Counted from the first letter of the stretch, positions 9,296 to 17,040 are shown. The stretch: DNA of 32,000 nucleotides from Microcystis aeruginosa NIES-843 (GCF_000010625.1 NC_010296.1:2220001-2252000), one strand, 5' to 3'. Notes: generated from the sequence alone by a model not told the origin. Numbers and translations are program-made.

Positions 9296-9363
9296 TAAGT
9301 TTTTAGGTCTTGTTCTAGAGATGAATTAGACATAGGCTTAGAATACTTAGAATAGTGATTTTC

Positions 9364-9723
9364 TTAAAGTAAACCTAGAATTGTTCTTAACGCTGTTTCT
9401 AATTCTTCGAGATAAGGATTGTCTAAATGTCCCATAACTCGAATAATTCTTGACTTATCTATGACTCTAATTTGCTCGCACAGTGCTACTGAATCTTGAC
9501 TTAAACCTGCTATACCTTCTGGAATAAAAACATGAGAATCAAGTAGTTTGCGCCGGATTTTAGTGGTTAATGGCACAATAATAGTATGAGGACTTACGCC
9601 ATTAGCTCGATCAATTTGTATGATGATTACAGGTCTAATTCCTGACTGTTCTGTGCCAATGACGGGGTTGAGGTCGCACAAAACCACATCACCACGAATA
9701 ACGCTACCATTTGATTTCGCCAC
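9364..9723 (-). CDS. mazF: MazF/PemK-family type II toxin (endoribonuclease)
   Basis: IRGDVVLCDLNPVIGTEQSGIRPVIIIQ... matches the PemK/MazF signature. 119 aa. Overlaps the upstream small ORF by 20 nt. Confidence 0.85.
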   Translation of the reverse strand: MAKSNGSVIRGDVVLCDLNPVIGTEQSGIRPVIIIQIDRANGVSPHTIIVPLTTKIRRKLLDSHVFIPEGIAGLSQDSVALCEQIRVIDKSRIIRVMGHLDNPYLEELETALRTILGLL

Positions 9724-9913
9724 GAGCTAATTTTTCCTCATAATCTTCTAGATTTGACAAATAATCTGAAAAATCAGATTCTGCGATTTCTACGAAATCA
9801 GAAAACTGCTGATTGTACTTTAAGGTAAGGAAATCAATAAAGTCATTCACTTCTTCAACTAATGACTCTGGAAGTTGACGAATTTTGGCAATTGTAATAT
9901 CTTGGACTGTCAT
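9704..9913 (-). CDS. Putative antitoxin (DUF2281-like) of the MazF-family toxin
   Basis: 69-aa acidic protein. QLPESLVEEVNDFIDFL resembles the DUF2281 motif. Position and overlap are typical of type II TA operons. Confidence 0.65.
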   Translation of the reverse strand: MTVQDITIAKIRQLPESLVEEVNDFIDFLTLKYNQQFSDFVEIAESDFSDYLSNLEDYEEKLARGEIKW

Positions 9914-9996
9914 GATTGAGAATTGTTCTTGAGAGTGGGGTACTAAAGCGCAACTACAAACTGATCATAGCATTTTTGAGCAGGATTTAACTGATA

Positions 9997-10206
9997 AGTA
10001 GCTGGTTATAATTAAATTAAAAATGGATTTTAGGTTTGATCCCCCCTGCCCCCCTTGATAAGGGGGGTGCCGATAGGCGGGGGGATCTACCCTTGATAAG
10101 GGGGGTGCCGATAGGCGGGGGGATCTACCCTTGATAAGGGGGGTGCCGATAGGCGGGGGGATCTACCCTTGATAAGGGGGGTATATGATAATTTTTAACG
10201 CCTACT
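9997..10206 (+). mobile_element. MITE family B, copy 2 (about 3.5 tandem 38-bp units)
   Basis: Same termini and TA flanks as 5553-5724. Internal tandem unit is CCCTTGATAAGGGGGGTGCCGATAGGCGGGGGGATCTA. Confidence 0.6.
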
Positions 10207-10217
10207 TACTTAACTGA

Positions 10218-12899
10218 TTATAATCCATTGCCAATGAGAATAAAAGGCGCCCAGTAACGGGGATGGCTGAGGCGGTTTGCTACGTCCGATGGCACTCCTT
10301 CAATAGGTTCTATTCTAATACTACCACGCCGCTGCTCATTGGTTGGGTTATTACTGGTAATCAAGGCAATTTGTGCCTGTTGTAATGCCGCTGCTTTACT
10401 CAATTTACCCGTCCTCAAAGCAGCATAAAAAGCATTCATCAAAGCTTGTGTACCGCCATCGTCAACACTCCATAAAGAGGCAATAACTGCCCTTGCGCCT
10501 GCGGTTTGTAGTCGATATCCTAACCCTAAAATTTCGATTCCTGTGCCGTAATTACCCCCTAAACCTGTCTCGCAAGCACTCAAAACAATTAAATCAATAT
10601 TTTTAAACCGCCAGTTTTTCATTGTTTGTAGAGTCACAACTGTCCCATCTCCAAAAAGAACAAAAGACTGTTCTGGGGTTCCCACCACAAAGGCTGCATG
10701 GGTGGCAAAATGGACGACAGTATAGCTATCCAGTAGGGGAATAATTGTTTGATTGAAGTCTTTATCGAAGTATTTAGTAGTAGGAGAAACGGTCTGTGCT
10801 AATTTATCTACCTCTATACCCGCAAAAGGCAACCCATTAAATCTGAAGTCTTGTCCTTCATGTCGAAACTGATAGCTGCCCTTGACAAAAGCCGCCGCTA
10901 AAATTTGCATTTTCGGTTCGGGTTTGGTATTAAAATCAGTCAGAGATGCTGCCGTAATATTATTAATGCGGTAGCGTTCAATTAACCACTGTTTGCCGTC
11001 GTATAAAGCCGACAGAGGAATGTAGCGCAGTTGTCCGTCAGGAGCATAAATAATCGTTTTTGCATCGGCAGTTTTTAGGTTATTTTCTAGGGGTTTAATC
11101 AGCCATTCATAAAGCTGTTGGGCTGGCTTTTTGGCATCCAGATTAGGATATTGTAAGGCTTCCCGGAAAGCGCGAATAGTTTCGTTTAGTTCTTTTTTGC
11201 TGACTTTTACGGTGTGGCGGACGGGAGTAGAATCAGCAGTGGTGAGGATGATTTCTAAGCGGTCATCAAAGATAATTGGGTAGATAAGGACGGCATTTTG
11301 TTGGAGTTTTTTGAGATTATCAGATAAGCCAATTAAATTGTCTAAATTATTCAGGAGATCGGCGGAACGGGTTTGGGGTTTGAGTTGGTTAATTAAGGCT
11401 AAAACTTCTGGACTTTCGATAAATTTATTAAACTCAGCGACAATTTGTTCCTGTTGTTTCCAGAGTTGGAGGAGGCGTTGTTCTTCTGAGGGAGTTAGTT
11501 TGCCGTTGAGTTTTTGTCGTTCTTGCAGTCGGCTGATTTCTTGGCCAATTTCTACTGCTTTATTAAGAATTGCCTCAATTCCCTCGTCTATTTTTTGTTC
11601 TGGCGGTAGTTTAGGAACTCCCTGTTCTGTATTTGTATTACCGCGCACTCCCCGCAAATAATCGTCTAATTCCTGTACTTTTAACAAATCTAACACCCGT
11701 TGCGCTTCCAGAATGCGGTCTTGTTGCAGCAGCAAGTCAGCTAAACGGCGGTAGGTATCAGCAACAGTTTCGGTGTAGGTTTGTTGCAATTCTTTGGGGA
11801 GTCCTTTAATATCGCCCCTGAGAGTTTCATAGACGTTAACCGATTGTTTGTAGAAGATAATCCCTAGTTGGGGTTGGTTTTGTTGTTGCAATAAGTAACC
11901 AATATTGTCTAAGGTTACTGCTTCCCCTGCGCGATCTCCCACCGCCCGCGATAAGGGTAAAGCCTGTTGGTAATAGTCTAATGCCTTTTGTTTCTCCCCT
12001 AAAGCAGAATAGACAGGACCAATATTATTGAGAGTAGTGGCTTCCCCTGCGCGATCGCCCACCGCCCGGGATAAGGGTAATGCCTGTTGGTAATAGTCTA
12101 ATGCCTTTTGTTTCTCCCCTAAATCTGAATAGACACCACCAATATTATTGAGAGTAGTGGCTTCCCCTGCGCGATCGCCCACCGCTCGCAATAAGGGTAA
12201 TGCCTGTTGGTAATAGTCTAATGCCTTTTGTTTCTCCCCTAAATCTGAATAGACACCACCAATATTATTGAGAGTAGTGGCTTCCCCTGCGCGATCGCCC
12301 ACCGCCCGCGATAAGGGTAATGCCTGTTGGTAATAGTCTAATGCCTTTTGTTTCTCCCCTAAATCATCATAGACACCACCAATATTATTGAGAGTAGTGG
12401 CTTCCCCTGCGCGATCTCCCACCGCCCGCCTTAAGGGTAAAGCCTGTTGGTAATAGTCTAAAGCCTTTTGTTTCTCCCCTAAAGCATCATAGACAGCACC
12501 AATATTATTGAGAGTAGTGGCTTCCCCCTTGCGGTCTTTTAGGGATTGATAGATAGGTAAGGCTTGGTTAAAGTATTCCAGGGCTTTGGGTTTGAATCCT
12601 AAACGACTATAAACTCTACCCAATTGCAAGTTTATCAAAGCTTCCTGTGCTTTATCTCCCAGATTACGCCACAGAGGTAAAGCTTGTTCCCATTTAATTA
12701 TTGCCTGTTGATAGGATTCGGCTGTCCCTTGTTGGAATAGTTGCATCCCCTCGTTAAATAGCCTTTCCGCTTCAGCTTTTTTCGTCTCATTGGTTTGCGC
12801 TTGGACAGGTGGCACTATTCCGGGTTGAGAAATGGGCAAGATAGACACGCCGGAGGCGAGTAGCAGCAGTAGGGTAGCGAGGTTGAGGGATTTGAGCAT
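10218..12899 (-). CDS. TPR-repeat CHAT-domain protein (caspase-like protease superfamily) with N-terminal signal peptide
   Basis: 893 aa. Signal-like N-terminus MLKSLNLATLLLLLASGVSILP. About 8 TPR units of about 40 aa. The C-terminal CHAT region carries the His/Cys dyad contexts VVHFATHAAF and LIVLSACETG. Confidence 0.9.
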   Translation of the reverse strand: MLKSLNLATLLLLLASGVSILPISQPGIVPPVQAQTNETKKAEAERLFNEGMQLFQQGTAESYQQAIIKWEQALPLWRNLGDKAQEALINLQLGRVYSRLGFKPKALEYFNQALPIYQSLKDRKGEATTLNNIGAVYDALGEKQKALDYYQQALPLRRAVGDRAGEATTLNNIGGVYDDLGEKQKALDYYQQALPLSRAVGDRAGEATTLNNIGGVYSDLGEKQKALDYYQQALPLLRAVGDRAGEATTLNNIGGVYSDLGEKQKALDYYQQALPLSRAVGDRAGEATTLNNIGPVYSALGEKQKALDYYQQALPLSRAVGDRAGEAVTLDNIGYLLQQQNQPQLGIIFYKQSVNVYETLRGDIKGLPKELQQTYTETVADTYRRLADLLLQQDRILEAQRVLDLLKVQELDDYLRGVRGNTNTEQGVPKLPPEQKIDEGIEAILNKAVEIGQEISRLQERQKLNGKLTPSEEQRLLQLWKQQEQIVAEFNKFIESPEVLALINQLKPQTRSADLLNNLDNLIGLSDNLKKLQQNAVLIYPIIFDDRLEIILTTADSTPVRHTVKVSKKELNETIRAFREALQYPNLDAKKPAQQLYEWLIKPLENNLKTADAKTIIYAPDGQLRYIPLSALYDGKQWLIERYRINNITAASLTDFNTKPEPKMQILAAAFVKGSYQFRHEGQDFRFNGLPFAGIEVDKLAQTVSPTTKYFDKDFNQTIIPLLDSYTVVHFATHAAFVVGTPEQSFVLFGDGTVVTLQTMKNWRFKNIDLIVLSACETGLGGNYGTGIEILGLGYRLQTAGARAVIASLWSVDDGGTQALMNAFYAALRTGKLSKAAALQQAQIALITSNNPTNEQRRGSIRIEPIEGVPSDVANRLSHPRYWAPFILIGNGL
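11921..12520. repeat. Five tandem near-identical 120-bp repeats (40-aa TPR units) inside the CHAT gene
   Basis: Units start at 11921, 12041, 12161, 12281 and 12401 and differ by only a few bases. Three of the five (12041, 12161, 12281) contain the full HIP1 octamer GCGATCGC; the units at 11921 and 12401 have GCGATCTC. More diverged copies flank the array. Confidence 0.95.
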
Positions 12900-12926
12900 G
12901 GTTTAAGAAAGGATATTTAGTTTATT

Positions 12927-13058
12927 GGCTCTTCTCGGCTTTGTGTGATAATTTTTGCTTATGGAATCGTGAAATGCTTACTGGACAAGACTTTTAAGAC
13001 TATTTTGCGGATATTCTATCAGTATATACCTCGTTTCCACACAGAAACCAGAAGAGCC
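12927..13058. mobile_element. ISL3-type MITE (GGCTCTTCT termini)
   Basis: 132 bp. Inverted ends are GGCTCTTCTCGGCTTTGTGTG and GGCTCTTCTGGTTTCTGTGTG (other strand). Flanked by the direct repeat GTTTATT (12920-12926 / 13059-13065). Confidence 0.65.
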
Positions 13059-13251
13059 GTTTATTCTACTTTCTGGTTATAGATCTGGGACTTTTGTTAA
13101 AACTCCCTCATATTTTTCTTTGTTATCTCTATTTAAACAGCAATAATACTAAATCTGGTTATTAAAAACTGATTATTTATTCCCCTTTGCCTTTTGCCTC
13201 TTGCCTTTTGCCTCTCCTCATAACTAGCCTGTACTCAACGGATTTAGTATA

Positions 13252-13353
13252 AGTACCTAAGCAAAATTAATTACACATATCTAACCCCCCCCTTGCCTTT
13301 TGCCTTTTGCCTTTTGCCTTTCTTCACTAGGAAATTTATTTTGCACGACTACT
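13252..13353 (+). mobile_element. MITE family C, copy 1 (TA-flanked; internal CCTTTTG heptamers)
   Basis: Ends AGTACCTAAGCAAAATTAATT... and ...AATTTATTTTGCACGACTACT form an imperfect TIR shared with 31190-31377. TA on both sides (13250-13251, 13354-13355). Confidence 0.6.
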
Positions 13354-13388
13354 TAGGATTGAGGGTGATAGAGAAAAATTCGGGGTAA

Positions 13389-13453
13389 GGGCGAAGCATT
13401 CGGATAATAAATCTACGGTTTCAGCGATAGGTTATTGCCCGAATGCTTCGCCC
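13389..13453. repeat. Long perfect hairpin (15-bp stem, 35-nt loop)
   Basis: GGGCGAAGCATTCGG (13389-13403) pairs perfectly with CCGAATGCTTCGCCC (13439-13453). It overlaps the last codons and stop of the ORF at 13432-13737. Confidence 0.7.
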
Positions 13454-13765
13454 CTACTGTTTTCTGTTTCTACATCTGGGACTTTCGTTAAAACTCCCTC
13501 ATATTTTTCTTTGTTATCTCCATTCAAACTAGGCAAGTTTTCAACAACATTCTTCCCCTCTTTATCAACTGTTACAGCTAGTTTTAATCCCAAAGCCTTC
13601 AGCCAAAGCCCTAAATTATAAATTCCTATTCCTGCTGGCATTGTTAATAATTTATCGAGAAATTGCTCATAAATTTTAATTTGTTCTGCGGTTAAATGAG
13701 AATCCCCAAGAGCTTCCAGAACATTCCTCAAAGCCATTTTCAGTAATTCGGGGTCGAATTCAAAC

Positions 13766-15187
13766 GGCTCTTCGTTACCCTTTATGCTAAATCAACATAC
13801 AAGATGCCAAGATAACATACTTCTAACCCAAAAATTCCGAAAGTTTCTCAAGCCATAGCCTCTCCGTTTTATTAGTTTAAGTTTATTGTTGATTCCCTCG
13901 ACCACCCCATTCGTTGTCCTTCGCTCGAAATAACTAATGATTTCTCCAAACCAGTTTCGGATTGTTTGACAACTCTTGGTAAAAACACTGGAGGATTTTG
14001 CCAACCATTCCGAGATGGATAGCAGTCCCTCTGTCGGATTCTTTGAGGTTTCATAAATCTTTCTGAATTCTTCCTTTAATTTCTGCATCTTTTTCAAATT
14101 TGGGAATTTTTCTTTGATAGCTTCTAGTTTAATTTTTTGGGGTTCCGTTAAATCTTCTTCATTTTTTAACAGGCTATATTTACTTCGCTTTAAAACTTCT
14201 AGCTTCGCTTCTTTTTCCGCTTTCTGTTTTTTATTTTTCTGCGCTTCTACGGCTCTTTTTTCCGCTCTTCTCTGTTCGTCTAACTCTTGATTAATTTGTT
14301 TCATTACATGGAATCTATCGGCGACTACCTCGGCCGATGGCATCAATTCTTTCACCAAATTTTTATAGGGCAACCAAAGGTCTATGCTCACTTCTTCAAT
14401 TTGCTCTAACACCTCTTTTCCCCACCCAGTAAGCGTTTCCCTCAACTCTTCTTGTGTTCGCTTCTCTAGAATAGCTATTAGTTTTCCCGTATCTAAATTT
14501 ACTAAAACCGCACAGTAATTTTTTTGTCCTTTGACTAGAGCGATTTCATCAATTCCTAGCCTTTTTAATTTCGATAAATCTGGCTCTGTAATTTCTTCGG
14601 CGATGTCCTCTACCATTCTTTGAATCTCTTCTTCCGTTACGTTATTTCTTCGGCTAACATTTAAAATATCTCCTTCTTTTAATTGTTCGAGTATATTCTC
14701 GGCTAGTCTTTTCGTATAGGTTCGTTTCTTGGCGACAAAATCTAACTCTTCGCTAAAGGGTCTCTGACAATTACCGCACTTAAATTGACGACGATTAACC
14801 TGTAGGTACACTGGTTGTCCTGAGATTGGTAAATCTTTGACTAAATGTCGATGATTTTGGTGGAGTTTATCGCTCTCTAACCCACAACGAGGACAGGTTG
14901 CTTTTTTATTTTTCGATTCGACTGGTCAAACTATACCGATATTTTCTAGGTGTCGATAGCCTTGAATACAGGTTCCTTCTAGGTTCAAAAATTTGTCAAG
15001 TATCATAAGTAAAATAATCTCGTTTTTGGCTATTATATCAAATCTTAACTCGATTGTCTATCTTTTGGTATTAACCTGTTTGTGCCTTAAGTCCTTCCCT
15101 GTATGGATTTCAGCTACTTTTGAGCGTAGGCGCTCTCATCGAATTTTATTTTAAGTTAATTATTTGCATAACAATTCCCGAAGAGCC
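13766..15187 (-). mobile_element. ISL3-family insertion sequence
   Basis: 1422 bp. Both termini begin GGCTCTTCG, with a second conserved block TTATGC at the same spacing. 8-bp TSD ATTCAAAC at 13758-13765 and 15188-15195. Confidence 0.9.
13792..15006 (-). pseudogene. ISL3-family transposase with an in-frame TGA at codon 27
   Basis: ATG at 15006 gives MILDKFLNLEGTCIQGYRHLENIGIV, then TGA (14926-14928), then the same frame continues PVESKNKKATCPRCG...QPVYLQVNRRQFKCGNCQ into track ORF 13792-14811. Zinc-finger CxxC pairs and the C-terminal KRRGYGLRNFRNF are typical of ISL3. Confidence 0.8.
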
Positions 15188-15257
15188 ATTCAAACTCGTC
15201 TTCTTCTAAGTGAGTTTCGAGATAAAGAGCCGCATAGTTTGGATCTTTAAGATTGTC

Positions 15258-15440
15258 AGGGAGCATCTCACCTTTGCAATGAGCATAAATACTTAGTGGA
15301 AAAATAGGCTTTTCGAGGGTAATTCTTGTTTTAATTCTCCATGTACGCAGTCTTTAAAAGCCTCTATTTCGTTCCAAGACACGATTAAGAGTGGCTTTTA
15401 GGCTAAGTATAATTACTTATCACGTAAGTGAGATGCTCCC
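15258..15440. mobile_element. MITE family D (GGGAGCATCTCAC termini, 9-bp TSD)
   Basis: Inverted ends GGGAGCATCTCAC (15259-15271) and GTGAGATGCTCCC (15428-15440). Direct repeat AAGATTGTC at 15249-15257 and 15441-15449. Confidence 0.6.
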
Positions 15441-15493
15441 AAGATTGTCCAGCAAAAAAGGGTGGTAGCTAATACTTTTAGACATAATTTTAA

Positions 15494-15691
15494 CTAGGAT
15501 TCGGCTGTACCTTGTTGGAATAGTTGCATCCCCTCGTTAAATAGCCTTTCCGCTTCAGCTTTTTTCGTCTCATTGATTTGCGCTTGGACAGGTGGCACTA
15601 TTCCGGGTTGAGAAATGGGCAAGATAGACACGCCGGAGGCGAGTAGCAGCAGTAGGGTAGCGAGGTTGAGGGATTTGGGGATGCGGGACAT
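15494..15691 (-). pseudogene. Orphan duplicate of the 5' end (signal peptide + first TPR helix) of the CHAT gene at 10218-12899
   Basis: 15496-15677 matches 12713-12894 over 182 bp with 2-3 mismatches. The 65-aa ORF stops where homology ends. Confidence 0.8.
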
Positions 15692-15851
15692 GGAAGCCTT
15701 CTGGAGAGTAAGGACACAGCAGCACTATGGCCTTATGATAGTGTATTTTTAATGGTAGTAGGGCGCAGATTTCAGTATTTTGGCGCAAAAATCCGTTACC
15801 GTAGGAGCAGACAACGTCCACTCAAAGGTACTAAACCTTAACTTAGAAACT

Positions 15852-16169
15852 ATGTCTCTTACTGCTACTGAATATAAGTACATCCAAATCGATGAATACA
15901 ACGTCCCTTTTATTGCGGGAACAACCATGAAAGTTGTGGAATTAATAACACCTATGAAAGCTTACGGATGGTCTCCCGAAAATTTCCACGAACAACATCC
16001 CTATTTAACTATGGGTCAAATTTATTCCGCCTTAGCTTATTATTGGGATCATAAAGAGGAATTGGATGGGGATTTGGAACGGCGCTATCAATTGGCGGAA
16101 CAACTACGCCGAGAAGCAGGGGAATCTCCTATTGCTAAAAAACTAGCGGCAATGGGATTGTTGCCATGA
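15852..16169 (+). CDS. DUF433-domain protein (putative antitoxin-like partner)
   Basis: PFIAGTTMKVVELI...GWSPENFHEQHPYLTMGQIYSALAYYWDHKEELD fits the DUF433 pattern. The likely start is the ATG at 15852 (track ORF begins 15780). Its stop overlaps the next start (ATGA). Confidence 0.75.
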   Translation: MSLTATEYKYIQIDEYNVPFIAGTTMKVVELITPMKAYGWSPENFHEQHPYLTMGQIYSALAYYWDHKEELDGDLERRYQLAEQLRREAGESPIAKKLAAMGLLP

Positions 16170-16513
16170 CGCTCGCTTTCTACATGGACGAACATATTCA
16201 TAAATCGATTACCATTGGATTGCGCCAGCGGGGTATAGACGTTATAACTGTACAAGAAGACAATTATACAGGAAAAGCCGATCCCATTATTTTAGAACGG
16301 GCGACTGAACTTCAACGAGTTATCTTCACTCAAGATGAGGATTTCTTAGTGCTTGCAAACCGCTTTCAAGCTCAAGGAATCTATTTTACTGGCGTTATTT
16401 TTGCTCATCAGCAAGATGTTACTGTAGGAAATTGTATCCGCGACTTAGAATTGATTGCTCAAGTTTGTGAACCTCAAGACTGCATGAATTGTGTCCAATA
16501 TCTCCCCCTCTAA
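16166..16513 (+). CDS. DUF5615-family (PIN-like) protein
   Basis: FYMDEHIHKSITIGLRQRGIDVITVQE...ADPIILERATELQRVIFTQDEDF matches the DUF5615 / PIN-like Mut7-C-related pattern. Translationally coupled to the DUF433 gene. Confidence 0.75.
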   Translation: MTLAFYMDEHIHKSITIGLRQRGIDVITVQEDNYTGKADPIILERATELQRVIFTQDEDFLVLANRFQAQGIYFTGVIFAHQQDVTVGNCIRDLELIAQVCEPQDCMNCVQYLPL

Positions 16514-16608
16514 AATTGGCGCTCACCCTTGTGCTTTATCTTGTTTAGAGAAAGAAGCCATAGTCTTATGAAGTCAGAATTTAGGAAGGGAAAGCCTGCC
16601 ATTTTTTC

Positions 16609-17040
16609 TCAATCATTGGGAGGATGCCAGCCTGCTTGTACCCAATAGCTACGAACTACCAAAGCATCTGGATCGTCACTGAGATGAAGTACACTAACAG
16701 TTGCTCTACCAATCGGTGTAAGTCCTACAATTACTATACCATCTTCAGCCCATCGGAAATGTTCCGACCAAATTTGAGTAGATGGATTAAATAGTAGGAC
16801 TGTTTCGCCTGTTTCTGGGTCAATACCTGTCGTTTTGTCGCTTTTGTAGCGATTGTACAGGGGACAAGCTAACCATAAGTTAGACTCATTATTACTACCT
16901 TTTTTAGCAAGGGGAATGATGTGTTCGATCTCCAAACGAGCCATCACTAAATGCTGAGGACTCAAGCAATAACCGCAACGGTTACGCGCAGTAACTCGAA
17001 CCCGACGTTCAACTTCGATAGGGATGTAGGGACGTGCCAT
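16609..17040 (-). CDS. HNH endonuclease (small, stand-alone)
   Basis: CGYC...LEIEHIIPLAKKGSNNESNLWLACPLYNRYK is an HNH core (His-Asn-Asn context). The second metal-binding pair reads CPLY rather than the usual CxxC. Confidence 0.85.
   Translation of the reverse strand: MARPYIPIEVERRVRVTARNRCGYCLSPQHLVMARLEIEHIIPLAKKGSNNESNLWLACPLYNRYKSDKTTGIDPETGETVLLFNPSTQIWSEHFRWAEDGIVIVGLTPIGRATVSVLHLSDDPDALVVRSYWVQAGWHPPND

Larger units (their letters stand above)
6951..9333 (-). pseudogene. Membrane + TPR protein gene disrupted twice (IS630 element near codon 13, ISL3-type MITE within the TPR region)
   Basis: Removing 8346-9295 plus one TA joins ATG(9333) MSNSSLEQDLKTY in frame to QDLIAILQEH (track ORF 7608-8336). 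Removing 7451-7637 plus one 8-bp TSD joins ...DDAEAHFN in frame to LGLLYEELQDF..., which stays open to TAG at 6951-6953. That downstream piece has no Met, so it is absent from the ORF track. Confidence 0.75.
13432..15485 (-). pseudogene. HI1420/HigA-like addiction-module antidote homologue, copy 1, disrupted by a MITE and an ISL3 element
   Basis: After removing 15258-15440 (+9-bp TSD) and 13766-15187 (+8-bp TSD), the frame reads MSKSISYHPFLLDNLKDPNYAALYLETHLEEDEFEFDPELLKMALRNVLEALG... This continues into track ORF 13432-13737 and is collinear with the reconstructed copy 2. Confidence 0.7.

Noticed and set aside
10040-10190. Regularly spaced 38-bp repeats that could be taken for a small CRISPR array
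   Set aside because: The units are directly tandem with no unique spacers. They lie inside a TA-flanked MITE that has a second copy at 5553-5724, and no cas genes are nearby.
11311-11661. 116-aa plus-strand ORF inside the CHAT gene, and similar antisense ORFs (2508-2705, 2677-2928, 4104-4361, 4615-4869, 6800-7057, 7646-7897, 8800-8997, 8861-9052, 13872-14054, 15570-15821, 18942-19157, 24018-24266, 24711-25127, 26159-26344, 27271-27456, 27281-27463, 27321-27560, 31365-31565)
   Set aside because: All are embedded in, or antisense to, longer motif-supported genes. They have low-complexity or unrecognisable translations and are treated as shadow ORFs.
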